From an uncultured Solirubrobacterales bacterium (lineage in GTDB: Bacteria > Actinomycetota > Thermoleophilia > Solirubrobacterales > Solirubrobacteraceae): DNA of 64,000 nt. The stretch lies in the NCBI GenBank assembly GCA_963735965.1, contig CAVTNE010000010.1, forward strand, positions 230,503-294,502. Reading direction: 5' to 3'. This document shows positions 9,238-18,468 of the stretch, piece after piece (position 1 is the stretch's first letter; each line of letters opens with the position of its first letter). The notes beneath the pieces were generated by a model. It saw only the letters and a program-made list of their open reading frames with translations, did no database searches and was not told the DNA's origin. The position numbers and the translations under genes are program-made.

Positions 9238-10565
9238 GCGTACGGTCGGCTGAGCGCGAAGTCCTGATAGCGCGCGGCGACGGCGGTGGGGAGCTTGGCC
9301 ATCACGCGGACGCCGTCCGGGGTGTCCTCGCGCTCGAGGTCGCCCGCGACTTCATGCAACTCGGCGAGTCGCGCGCCGGCGTCGTACGGGATCATCAGCT
9401 CGACGTCCTGCAACGTGCGCGCGAACTCCTCCTCGATGCGCTGCTCGAGCGTCTCGAGGCCTTCCCCCGTCACGGCCGAAATCAGCACGGCGTCGGGGTG
9501 CCGGCGCTCGAGCTCGGTCCGGCGCTCGTCGTCGATCCGGTCGGCCTTGGCGAGCACGAGGATCTGCGGGACGGCGTCGGCGGCGATCTCGAGCAGCACG
9601 TCCTCGACCGCACGCGTCATCGCGATCAACTCGTCCTCAGGGACGGAGGCGTCGACGACGTGGAGGATCAGATCGGCCAGGCGCGTCTCCTCGAGCGTCG
9701 CTCCGAAAGCCTCGACGAGCTGGTGGGGAAGCTTGCGGATGAAGCCGACGGTGTCGGTCACGAGGTAGTCGCGGCCGGCGGTGCGGAGCAGCCGCGTGGT
9801 CGGGTCGAGCGTGTGGAACAGGCTGTCGCGGACCCCGACGGTCGACCCCGTCATCGCGTTCAGCAGCGTCGACTTGCCGGCGTTCGTGTAGCCGGCGAGC
9901 GCGATCGAGGGCAGCTGAGTGCGCTCGCGCTCGGCCCGCATCACCGAGCGACTAGAGCGGACGTGGCCGAGCTTCCGCTTCAACGCCGAGATCCGGTCGC
10001 GCGCGAGCCGCCGGTCGGTCTCGATCTGGGTCTCGCCCGGTCCCCGGGTCCCGATGCCACCGTCGATCCTTCCGGCGCCGAGCCGCTCGAGATGCGACCA
10101 CAGCCCGCGCATCCGGGCCAGGTTGTACTCGAGCTGGGCGAGCTCGACCTGGAGCTTGCCCTCCGCCGTGTGGGCGTGCGAAGCGAAGATGTCCAGGATG
10201 ATCGCCGTTCGGTCGATCACCGGGAGCCCGAGCGCGGACTCGAGGTTGCGCTCCTGGCGTGGCGAAAGCTCGTCGTCGACCGCGACGAGATTGGCGTCTG
10301 ACCCCGCGAGATCGGCCTTGAGCTCGTCGATCTTGCCTGGACCGAGGTACGTGTTCGGGTGCGGATGATCGCGCCGCTGCACGAGTTCCCCGACATCGGC
10401 GACGCCGGCCGTCTTGAGCAGCTCGCGGAGCTCGGCGAGCTGCTCCTCTCCGCCTTCCGGCACCACCGCGACCAGGTAGGCGCGCTGCCGGGCGCGGCCG
10501 CGCGGCCGCTGACCGTTAAGCGCCGCTTGCGGCGACTGGCGGGTCGGCTTGCCGTCTCTCTGCAC
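9234..10565 (-). CDS. hflX: Ribosome-splitting GTPase HflX
   Basis: [34 protein letters not shown]. Confidence 0.96.
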   Translation of the reverse strand: MQRDGKPTRQSPQAALNGQRPRGRARQRAYLVAVVPEGGEEQLAELRELLKTAGVADVGELVQRRDHPHPNTYLGPGKIDELKADLAGSDANLVAVDDELSPRQERNLESALGLPVIDRTAIILDIFASHAHTAEGKLQVELAQLEYNLARMRGLWSHLERLGAGRIDGGIGTRGPGETQIETDRRLARDRISALKRKLGHVRSSRSVMRAERERTQLPSIALAGYTNAGKSTLLNAMTGSTVGVRDSLFHTLDPTTRLLRTAGRDYLVTDTVGFIRKLPHQLVEAFGATLEETRLADLILHVVDASVPEDELIAMTRAVEDVLLEIAADAVPQILVLAKADRIDDERRTELERRHPDAVLISAVTGEGLETLEQRIEEEFARTLQDVELMIPYDAGARLAELHEVAGDLEREDTPDGVRVMAKLPTAVAARYQDFALSRPYA

Positions 10566-10593
10566 TAAACCTGATGGTAGCTGCGCTTCCGGT

Positions 10594-11754
10594 CTACAAC
10601 CGCCGAATGCGCTCGACCGCCTCTAGCAGCCGGTCGTCCGGCGTCGTCAGGGAGATCCGGAAGTACCCCTCGCCGCTGGTGCCGTAGGCGCCGCCCGGAG
10701 AGATGATCACGGCGGCCTCCTCGAGCACGTGCTCACAGTACGCAGCGGAGGACTCGAAGCCCTCTGGGATCGGCGCCCAAATGTAGATGGTCCCTTTTGG
10801 CGGCGTCACCGCTACGCCGGCCTCGGCGAGGGCGTCGCACACCAGATCGCGCCGACGTTGGTAGACCGCGTTCATCCGGTGCTTGTCGGCATCGACCTCG
10901 GGCGCGAGGGCGGCGGCACCGGCGAGCTGGACGGCCTCGAAATTACCCGAGTCGATGTTCGACTTGAGGTGCCAGTAGTGCTCGATCGCCTCCGCGTTCC
11001 CGACGATCGCGGCGCAGCGCCAACCCGTCATGTTGTAGCCCTTGGACAGCGAGAACACCTCGACACCGACCTCCTTGGCGCCCGGGGTCCGCAGGAAGGA
11101 CGGCGCCACGTAGCCGTCGTAGGTCGTTTCGCTGTAGGCGTTGTCGTGGACGGCGAGGATCTCGTGGCGGTGGGCGAACTCGACCACCTCTTCGAAGAAC
11201 CCGGGCGGGACGATCGCTCCCGACGGGTTGTTCGGGTAGTTGATGAACATCAGCCGGGCGCGGTCGAGGTCAGCTTGCGAGATCGCCTCCAGATCGGGAG
11301 CGAAGCCGCGGTCGGCCAGCAACGGCATCAGCACAGGCCGCCCGCCCGCGAGTAGTGACCCGCCGGTGTACACCGGGTAGCCCGGGTCGGACGCGAGCGT
11401 CACGTCCCCGGCGTCGAGGAACGCGAGGTGGAGGTTGAAGATGCACTCCTTCGCGCCGATCGCGGCCATCACCTCGGTCTCGGGATCGAGCTCGACGTCG
11501 AACCGCCGCTTGTAGAAGTCCGCGACGGCCTCGCGGAACTCCTGCCGGCCTCGATTCGACGGATAGTGGTGCGTGCTCGGATCCGCGACCGCGCGCTGCG
11601 CCTCGGCGACGATCGGCGCGTATGTCGGGGTGTCCGGATCGCCGATTCCGAGGCTGATCACGTCGACTCCGGCGGCTCGCTTGGCGCGGACCTTGCGCTC
11701 GAGCTCGGCGAACATGTACGGGGGGATCAGGTCCAGGCGGCTACTTCGTCGCAT
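10594..11754 (-). CDS. dapL: PLP-dependent aminotransferase, probable LL-diaminopimelate aminotransferase
   Basis: SLGIGDPD, NYPNNPSG, DNAY, SLSKGYNMTGWR; overlaps dapF. Substrate inferred from context. Confidence 0.75.
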   Translation of the reverse strand: MRRSSRLDLIPPYMFAELERKVRAKRAAGVDVISLGIGDPDTPTYAPIVAEAQRAVADPSTHHYPSNRGRQEFREAVADFYKRRFDVELDPETEVMAAIGAKECIFNLHLAFLDAGDVTLASDPGYPVYTGGSLLAGGRPVLMPLLADRGFAPDLEAISQADLDRARLMFINYPNNPSGAIVPPGFFEEVVEFAHRHEILAVHDNAYSETTYDGYVAPSFLRTPGAKEVGVEVFSLSKGYNMTGWRCAAIVGNAEAIEHYWHLKSNIDSGNFEAVQLAGAAALAPEVDADKHRMNAVYQRRRDLVCDALAEAGVAVTPPKGTIYIWAPIPEGFESSAAYCEHVLEEAAVIISPGGAYGTSGEGYFRISLTTPDDRLLEAVERIRRL

Positions 11755-12604
11755 GCAGCTCCTCGAGGAAGGTGTCGGCAAGTGTGCCCTTGAACACGGG
11801 CACGGCCCACCCGGTCAGCTTGATGTGCAGTTCTCTGTCGATCTCGACCGTCAGCTCGCCTCCGTCGAGGACGACGGTCACCGGCGAGCGTCCGCCGTCG
11901 AGGACATACGCGACCGCAGCCCCGGTGGCGCCGGTGCCGCTGGCGGATGTCTCCCCCACACCGCGCTCGAAGATCCGCGCCCGGATCCGGGGGTGGGCGG
12001 GGTCCGAGTCGAGCTCGGCGAACCAGGACACGTTCGTGCGGTTGGGGAAGTTTTCGTGGTGCTCGATCTCGGGACCGACGGCCTGGAGGTCGAGATGCTC
12101 GAGCTCGTGCTCGTCTTTGACGCGGATCGCGGTCTGCGGATTGCCGACCTGCACGAACTGGAAGCGCCAGGTCCGGCCGGCAGCCGTGAGCTCGCCTTGC
12201 CCGTCGTAGGCGCCCGACGGATAGCTGGGGCTTGTCGCGGTCGCCCGACCCATGTCGACCGTGCACTCCCTGGCGGAGGTGATCCGCGGCCGGATGTCGC
12301 CCGCCGGGGTCTGGATCGCGAACGAGTCGGCGTCGGTCCAGTCGTGGCGGCGCAGGTACATGACGGCCTCGCGCGCCCCGTTCCCGGACAGTTCCGCCTC
12401 GGATCCGTCGGGATTGAAGATCCGCAGCCGGGCGACGTAGCCGGGGTCATCCGGTTCGGACAGGAGCAGGATCCCGTCGGCGGCCACGCCCGTGTGGGCC
12501 GCGCAGATCGCGCGGATTCGCGCCTCGGTTAGCTCGAACGGAAGCTCTGCTGCCTCCACGATCACGTAGTCGTTGCCGAGCGCTTGCCACTTCTCGAACT
12601 CCAC
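11741..12604 (-). CDS. dapF: Diaminopimelate epimerase
   Basis: KWQALGNDY, ADG, IFNPDGSEAELSGNG, VGNP, ERGVGETSASGTG. GTG start at 12604. Confidence 0.9.
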   Translation of the reverse strand: MEFEKWQALGNDYVIVEAAELPFELTEARIRAICAAHTGVAADGILLLSEPDDPGYVARLRIFNPDGSEAELSGNGAREAVMYLRRHDWTDADSFAIQTPAGDIRPRITSARECTVDMGRATATSPSYPSGAYDGQGELTAAGRTWRFQFVQVGNPQTAIRVKDEHELEHLDLQAVGPEIEHHENFPNRTNVSWFAELDSDPAHPRIRARIFERGVGETSASGTGATGAAVAYVLDGGRSPVTVVLDGGELTVEIDRELHIKLTGWAVPVFKGTLADTFLEELHATK

Positions 12605-12638
12605 CGGGCGCCAGTGTATGTGTACCGTCGCGCGCGCA

Positions 12639-13955
12639 ATGGTCACCCGGCTGCAAGCCTCGGCGCGGCGCCGGCCATCGCTGCCGCTGTGGCTACTCGG
12701 CGCCGTGCTGGTCATTTCGTTCGCCGCGAGGCTGGCGTGGATCTCCGAGCCCTGCCGCTCGCCGTGCCGCGCACCAACCGACCACCTCCTCATCTTCGAC
12801 GAGGACTACTACGTCAACGCGGCGCGCGTGATCGACCGTATTGCGCCGCCCGCCGGCGCTCCCTACGCGAACTCCCCGCTCGCCACGGACCCGAACTCTG
12901 AGCATCCGCCGCTGGCCAAGCTGCTCATCGGCGGCGGGATCGAGCTATTCGGGGACGGCCCGTTCGCCTGGCGCTTCCCGAGCGTGCTGCTCGGCACGGT
13001 GGCGATACTCGGGATGTTCGCGCTCGTCCGGGCGGCGGGCGGGGGGAGGTGGACCGCGCTCGGGGCGGCGGCGCTGATGGCGGCCGACAACCTGATGCTC
13101 GTCCACGGCCGGATCGGGACGCTCGACATCTACGCGGTGGCCGCGATGGTCTGGGCCGCCGCGCTGTACCTACGGGGCCGCCCGATCCTGGCCGGCGTGG
13201 TCGTCGGCGTGGGTGCGTGCGCCAAGGAGGTGACCCCGTATGTGCTGTTCGCGCTAGTGGTCCTCGAGGCGCTGCGGTGGGTCTTGCAGCGCAAGGGTAC
13301 GGTCGCGGCGTTGAGACGGCTTGGGTGGTGCTTTGCCGCTTCCGCCGGCGCGTTTCTGGGCCTGCTGACGCTGCTCTACCAGATCGTCCCGCCCTACGAC
13401 CCCCAGACTGGCAAGCTGGTGTCGGGCGTACCGTTCGGCGAGGTCGGGCGCATCCTCAGCTACGCCGCGCATCAGACCAGTCCGAACGGGCCGAAGGGGA
13501 TCGCGTCGTACCCGTGGGACTGGCTGGTCGACATCAAGCCGATCACGTATCTGCGGATCAACCCCGGGCACCCGACCGCCGCGCTCAACCAGATCACGCC
13601 GGCAGTGCACTTCCTCGGGATGATCAGCCCGCCGATCCTGCTGCTGGCGATCCCCTCGATGGTGTTTGCGGGGATCGGCGCGTTTTCGACCAGTCGCCGG
13701 TTCGGGGCACGAGACGAGGTCGGCCTCGTGGGTCTCGCCTGGTTTCTTGGGACCTACCTGCCGTTCGTGCTGCTCAGCCTCCTGGAGAGCCGGACCAGCT
13801 ACCTGTACTACATGGTGATCGTGATGCCCGGGATCTACATGGCGGTGGCCGACCTGATCGGCCGGATCGGCGCCGGCCGGATCCTGTGCCTCGCCTGGAT
13901 GGGAGCCGTGCTGGCGGCGGTGATCGTGATGTACCCGTTCACCCCGTTGCCGTGA
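12639..13955 (+). CDS. GT-C glycosyltransferase, PMT/GT39-like protein O-mannosyltransferase
   Basis: IFDEDYY, EHPPLAK, FAWR motifs, many TM segments, SYPWDW. Start uncertain. Confidence 0.8.
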   Translation: MVTRLQASARRRPSLPLWLLGAVLVISFAARLAWISEPCRSPCRAPTDHLLIFDEDYYVNAARVIDRIAPPAGAPYANSPLATDPNSEHPPLAKLLIGGGIELFGDGPFAWRFPSVLLGTVAILGMFALVRAAGGGRWTALGAAALMAADNLMLVHGRIGTLDIYAVAAMVWAAALYLRGRPILAGVVVGVGACAKEVTPYVLFALVVLEALRWVLQRKGTVAALRRLGWCFAASAGAFLGLLTLLYQIVPPYDPQTGKLVSGVPFGEVGRILSYAAHQTSPNGPKGIASYPWDWLVDIKPITYLRINPGHPTAALNQITPAVHFLGMISPPILLLAIPSMVFAGIGAFSTSRRFGARDEVGLVGLAWFLGTYLPFVLLSLLESRTSYLYYMVIVMPGIYMAVADLIGRIGAGRILCLAWMGAVLAAVIVMYPFTPLP

Positions 13956-14938
13956 GGGCGACCGCAAGCGGGCCGTAGCGGAGGATCGTCGCTAGGTCTT
14001 GGGCGGATCGGACCGTGAAGCCCCCCGAGATGTCGGCGCCGTTGCCCGGTGCGATCCCATCGGGATACACCTTGAAGTCGATGTACGGGACGCTCAGCAG
14101 CCGGCCGTCGAGCGCGATCGCGAAGTGCTGGTTGAGAGTCTGCCCGGGCCCGCTCACTTCGTCTCCTCGGACGGCGACGGTTTTCGTCATGTTTTTGAAC
14201 AGTGCGCCGCCGGTCTTGGTGAATCCGAACTGGAGGTCGGGCGAGCCGGAGGCATCGGTGCGCCGCTTGGGATGGGTGATGGCGGCCTCCGTCAGCACCG
14301 AGTGGTCCCTGAGCACGTAGAAACCGGCGTGCGGGTCGGCGAAGTTCGCGGGGCGGTAGCCGCTGGAGTCGACCGCTTCGAGCACGACGCCCTTGCGCGG
14401 CAGCCTGGACGCGAGCGCGAGCGCCTGACGCAGCGGCATGCTGCCCGCGCCGGTCTGGCCGGGGGCGAGCGATCCGGAGCCCTGGCTGATCTGGAGGGCG
14501 GTCGGGTTTTTGGGCCTGGAGCTGGCTGGCGACGGTCTTACCGTTCGGCGTGATCGCGTCGGCCTCCCAGTGAGCGACTACTTCGACCGCGTCTAGCGCC
14601 AGATCGTGCGCAACTGGCCGTGGTGATCGTGGTTGCCGGGGTATTCCTGCTCGCGCGAGGCTCGAATCGCCCGCCCGGATCGGCCGCCGGGACCGGTCCG
14701 CAAGACGTCACCGTCACCTTCAAGGCGACCGCGATCGACCCCAAGGCGCCGGTCGGTCCCGCGATCGACCGCTCGATTTCGATCCTGCTCAAGCGCCTTA
14801 CCCAGGCCTTCCCCGGGACGAGCAGTCGTAGAACCTGAGCTGTCCGGGGACCGCGAGCGCGAGGATGCGGGCCCGGGCGGCGGTCCCGGCGTGCGGTGCC
14901 ACGACGACGATGTCTCGTCCGTTCCAGGACACGGTCAC
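13939..14938 (-). pseudogene. Scrambled gene for a membrane-anchored protein with SecD P1-like domain
   Basis: Minus fragments 14938-14823 (VTVSWNG...QLRFYD) and 14571-13939 (WEADAITPNGK...FAIALDGRLLSVP...ISGGFTVRSAQDLATILRYGPL) read as SecD P1-like. The N-terminal part lies inverted at 14570-14816 (+) with a TAG at 14594. Confidence 0.7.
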
Positions 14939-14940
14939 GC

Positions 14941-15375
14941 TCCGTCATTTGATGTCTCAGACGCGAGAGGCCACGACTGACGCGCTGGCTGGCCACGAGC
15001 TCCGAGCAGTTCAGCATCTGGGCGATGTCGGCGTATTCGCGTTCCTCGACCACCCGCGACCGGACCGCCTTGCGCTGGGCCTCGGGGAGCTGTTCGACCA
15101 GCTCGAGGACCGGCTGATCGGGAGCGGAGGCGAGCTCGTCGACGCGCGCGAGGTCGTCGTCGTCGAGCACCTCGGGCTCGAACGCGAGCCGGCGGCGGGC
15201 GCGATCCTCGACCCGGCCGTGTCGCCGGCTCTCGAGCACGATCTCGGGTTTCGCTCAGCAAAAATCGGACCACCGTCGGTAGGTGCCGCCGGTAAAACGT
15301 CGCGAAGGCCGCCCCGTCGCCGACCACGACCGCCGCCATGAGCTCACCGTCGGTTCGGTTCGGGTCGAATGGCAT
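14941..15375 (-). pseudogene. ECF RNA polymerase sigma factor with internal deletion/frameshift
   Basis: Region 2 start (AAFATFYRRHLPTVVRFL) breaks near 15239. Another frame continues to region 4 (LPEAQRKAVRSRVVEEREYADIAQMLNCSELVASQRVSRGLSRLR). Confidence 0.78.
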
Positions 15376-15426
15376 CTCACTACGAGACTTTGCGCGGGGG
15401 TTGCACTGTGTGACGTTGTTCGTCGG

Positions 15427-16344
15427 TCAGCCGCTGCCGGGTTTCCACAGCGAGAGCACCTCGTTGGCGGTTTCCGCGGGCGATCGCTCCGTCGTGTCGA
15501 CCAGTTGGGCGTCGGCGAGCTTGCGCATCCACGTGAGCTGCCGGCGCGCGTAGTTGCGAGTTCTCCGCTTCATCGAGTCGACGTCCCCGGCCAGCAGCTC
15601 CTCGAAGCCGAGCGCTTTGCGCGCGGTGGCCGACGCTCCAGCGGCGTGGGCAGCGCGCACCTCCTGCTGGGCGCCGGCGGCGACCATCGCATCGACCCGG
15701 GCGTCGATCCGCTCGTAGAGCTGCGAACGCTCCATCACCAGCCCGACCAGCAGTGTGGGGTGGCGCACAGCACTCGTCCACAGCTCGGAGTCTCCTGTGT
15801 GGGGGTCGAGCTCCCCGGCGTCGAGCAGCTCGAGCGCCCGGACGATCCGCTGTCGATCGCCGGGGTCAATCTCGTCCGCGGCCCACGGCGCTCGGTCGCG
15901 AAGCACGCCGTGCAGCGCCGGCGCTCCCCGGCGCTCGAGCTCGGACAGCCACCGCTCCCGCGCCCCTTCGGGAGGCGGGGGCCGCAGGCTGAGCTCGGCC
16001 AGTGCCGCCCGGAGGTACAGCCCGGTCCCGCCGACCACGATCGGGCGGCCGCCGGTGACCAGCAGCGCGTCGATCTCGGCGTGGGCCAGTTCTGCATACT
16101 GGCCGGCGCTGAAGCTGGCGTCCACGGGCAGGAACGAGATCAGCCTGTGCTCGAGCGACTTGCGTTCGTCCGGGGTGGCGGCTCCGGTCAGCGTCTCCAG
16201 CCCCTGGTACACCTGAAGCGCGTCGGCCGAGACCGCCACCGGCCGCTCGCCGAGCTCCCGCAGGCGACGGGCAAGCTCGATCGCGACGTCGGTCTTGCCG
16301 ACCCCAGTCGGACCGAACAAAGCGATCACCTCGGCGCGCGGCAT
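15427..16344 (-). CDS. miaA: tRNA dimethylallyltransferase
   Basis: GPTGVGKT, SADALQVY, VGGTGLY, RIVRALE, YARRQLTW. Confidence 0.95.
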   Translation of the reverse strand: MPRAEVIALFGPTGVGKTDVAIELARRLRELGERPVAVSADALQVYQGLETLTGAATPDERKSLEHRLISFLPVDASFSAGQYAELAHAEIDALLVTGGRPIVVGGTGLYLRAALAELSLRPPPPEGARERWLSELERRGAPALHGVLRDRAPWAADEIDPGDRQRIVRALELLDAGELDPHTGDSELWTSAVRHPTLLVGLVMERSQLYERIDARVDAMVAAGAQQEVRAAHAAGASATARKALGFEELLAGDVDSMKRRTRNYARRQLTWMRKLADAQLVDTTERSPAETANEVLSLWKPGSG

Positions 16345-16365
16345 GGGCCGGAGTATCGTGGAGCG

Positions 16366-17532
16366 ATCAGGATCGGCACTGGAATCTCGACCGAGCACGA
16401 CCCTCTCACCGCCGGGACGGCCGCGGCCCGCTCGGCGGCCGCCGAGCTGAACGGCGACCGCCCTGACCTCGCGGTGGTGTTCGCGAGCGGCGCCCACCTG
16501 ACCGCGCCTGAGGCAATGCTCGAGGGCGTCCAGGCGGTGCTCGATGCGGAGGCGCTGGTCGGCTGCGGTGCCGGCGGCGTAATCGGATGCGGGCGCGAGC
16601 TCGAGTCCGGCACGGCGCTCGCCGTATGGGCCGCCACGTTCGACGACGGCGGCGCCGCCACGCCGTTCCACGCCACTCTGACCGAAGGAGAGACGGAGCA
16701 CCGGCTCGAGGGGCTTCCCGACCTCGAGGGGTCGAGCGGCCTCTTGATGCTGTCGGACCCGTACTCGTTCCCAACCGACGCGGTGCTCGAGTTCCTGTCC
16801 GAGCACGCGCCGACGGTCCCGGTGCTCGGAGGCCTCTCGAGCGGACGGACCGCCGGCGGCGACGGGGCGCTGTTCGTCGGGGACGAGGTGTACGAGGGCG
16901 GGGCGGTCGGCGTCAGCCTGCAGGGCGTCGAGATGCTGCCCTGCGTCTCGCAGGGGGCGGCTCCGCTCGGCCGTGAGGTCACGATCACGGCGGCGGAGGG
17001 AAACATCATCTACGAGCTGGCGGGACGGCCGGCGCTTCAGACCGTCGAGCAGATCATCTCTGAGCTCTCTCCTCGCGAGCGTGGGCTGGTCGCCGGCGGT
17101 CTCCTGATCGGGGTCGTCATCGACGGCGGCAAGCCCGAGTACACCCAGGGCGACTTTCTCGTGCGTGGGGTGCTGGGCGCGGACAGCGAAACGGGGTCGC
17201 TCGTCGTGGGCACGCAGGCGGAACCGGGCCAGGTCGTGCGCCTCCATGCTCGCGACGCGCGCTCGGCCGACGAGGATCTCCGCCAGGCACTCAAGTTGCG
17301 GGTCGAGGCCCTCGCCGGCGAGCGCCCGGCTGGAGCGCTCGTGTTCTCCTGCAACGGCCGCGGCAGCGCGATGTTCGGCATCGCCGACCACGACGCCGAG
17401 GCGATCGAGCGCGAGCTCGGAGGAGCGCCGTCCGCCGGGTTCTTTGCCGCCGGCGAGATCGGACCGGTCGGCGGGCGCAGCTTCCTGCATGGTTTCACCG
17501 CGACGCTGGCTGTCTTCCCGCGGGCTTCATGA
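16366..17532 (+). CDS. FIST N/C domain signal transduction protein
   Basis: VLGGLSSG, VSQGAAPLG, FLVRGVLG, FSCNGRG, GFFAAGEIGP, LHGFTA. Expected start position reads ATC, so the start is uncertain. Confidence 0.85.
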   Translation: MRIGTGISTEHDPLTAGTAAARSAAAELNGDRPDLAVVFASGAHLTAPEAMLEGVQAVLDAEALVGCGAGGVIGCGRELESGTALAVWAATFDDGGAATPFHATLTEGETEHRLEGLPDLEGSSGLLMLSDPYSFPTDAVLEFLSEHAPTVPVLGGLSSGRTAGGDGALFVGDEVYEGGAVGVSLQGVEMLPCVSQGAAPLGREVTITAAEGNIIYELAGRPALQTVEQIISELSPRERGLVAGGLLIGVVIDGGKPEYTQGDFLVRGVLGADSETGSLVVGTQAEPGQVVRLHARDARSADEDLRQALKLRVEALAGERPAGALVFSCNGRGSAMFGIADHDAEAIERELGGAPSAGFFAAGEIGPVGGRSFLHGFTATLAVFPRAS

Positions 17533-18320
17533 GCCGCCTGAGCGGCAACGTCGTCCTGACCGGCGCCAGCGGGGGGCTGGGCCACGCGATCGCGCGGGCG
17601 GTGGCGCCCCGGAGCGCCGGCCTCGTGCTAACCGCGCGCCGGACAGAGGTGCTCGAGCCGCTCGCGGCCGACCTCGGAGCCCGCGTGATCGCCTGCGACC
17701 TGTCGCAACGCGAGGATGTCGAGCGGTTGATATCGGAGGCCGGACGCGTCGACGTGCTGATTGCCAACGCCGCGCTGCCGGCGTCGGGCTTCCTGCTCGA
17801 GTTGACCCCGCCTGAAATCGACCGAATGCTCGAGGTCAACCTGCGGGCGCCGATTGCGCTCGCCCGCGCGTTCGCGCCTGGCATGGCCGAGCGCCGGCGC
17901 GGCCACTTGGTGTTCATCTCGTCTTTGTCTGGAAAGGCCGCGTCGCCGGCGTCCTCGGTCTATTCGGCGACGAAGTTCGGGCTGCGGGGGTTTGCGCTCG
18001 GCCTCCGCGAGGACCTGCGCCCCCACGGCGTGGGCGTCTCCGTGATCCTGCCCGGCTTCATCCGCGAGGCCGGGATGTTCGCGGACTCGCAGGCGAGTCT
18101 CCCACCCGGCGTGGGCACGCGGTCTCCCGAGGAGGTGGCGCGGGCGGTGATCTCGGCGATCGAACGAAACCGTGCCGAGATGGCGGTCGCGTCGCTGCCG
18201 ATGCGGCTTGGAGCGACGATCGGAGGCGCGGCGCCGGGGTTGTCCTCGGCGGTCAGCCGGCTGCTCGGCAGCGAACGGATCGCCGCCCAGATCGCCGCCG
18301 GTCAGCGCGACAAGCGCTGA
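17529..18320 (+). CDS. Short-chain dehydrogenase/reductase
   Basis: TGASGGLG, ANA, YSATK. Confidence 0.92.
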   Translation: MSRLSGNVVLTGASGGLGHAIARAVAPRSAGLVLTARRTEVLEPLAADLGARVIACDLSQREDVERLISEAGRVDVLIANAALPASGFLLELTPPEIDRMLEVNLRAPIALARAFAPGMAERRRGHLVFISSLSGKAASPASSVYSATKFGLRGFALGLREDLRPHGVGVSVILPGFIREAGMFADSQASLPPGVGTRSPEEVARAVISAIERNRAEMAVASLPMRLGATIGGAAPGLSSAVSRLLGSERIAAQIAAGQRDKR

Positions 18321-18342
18321 CGGGTTGTTCTGGCGCCCGGGT

Positions 18343-18413
18343 CGCGCGATGAGCATTTATTGTCTCCGGCCGATCCGCCGCGCGCGATGAGCACTCATTG
18401 TCTCCGGCCGATC
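18343..18413. repeat. Two 33-bp direct repeats, 38-bp period
   Basis: cgcgcgatgagcaYtYattgtctccggccgatc at 18343-18375 and 18381-18413, 2 mismatches. Confidence 0.85.
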
Positions 18414-18468
18414 AGCCATAAGCGCAACCCCTTTGTTCCCGGCCGCTGTTGACGGGTACGATCGGCAT

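Noticed and set aside
15283-17490. Apparent 749-aa and 687-aa overlapping proteins
   Set aside because: Upstream extensions of the FIST gene and miaA through each other's antisense strand; real starts are near 16366 and 16344.
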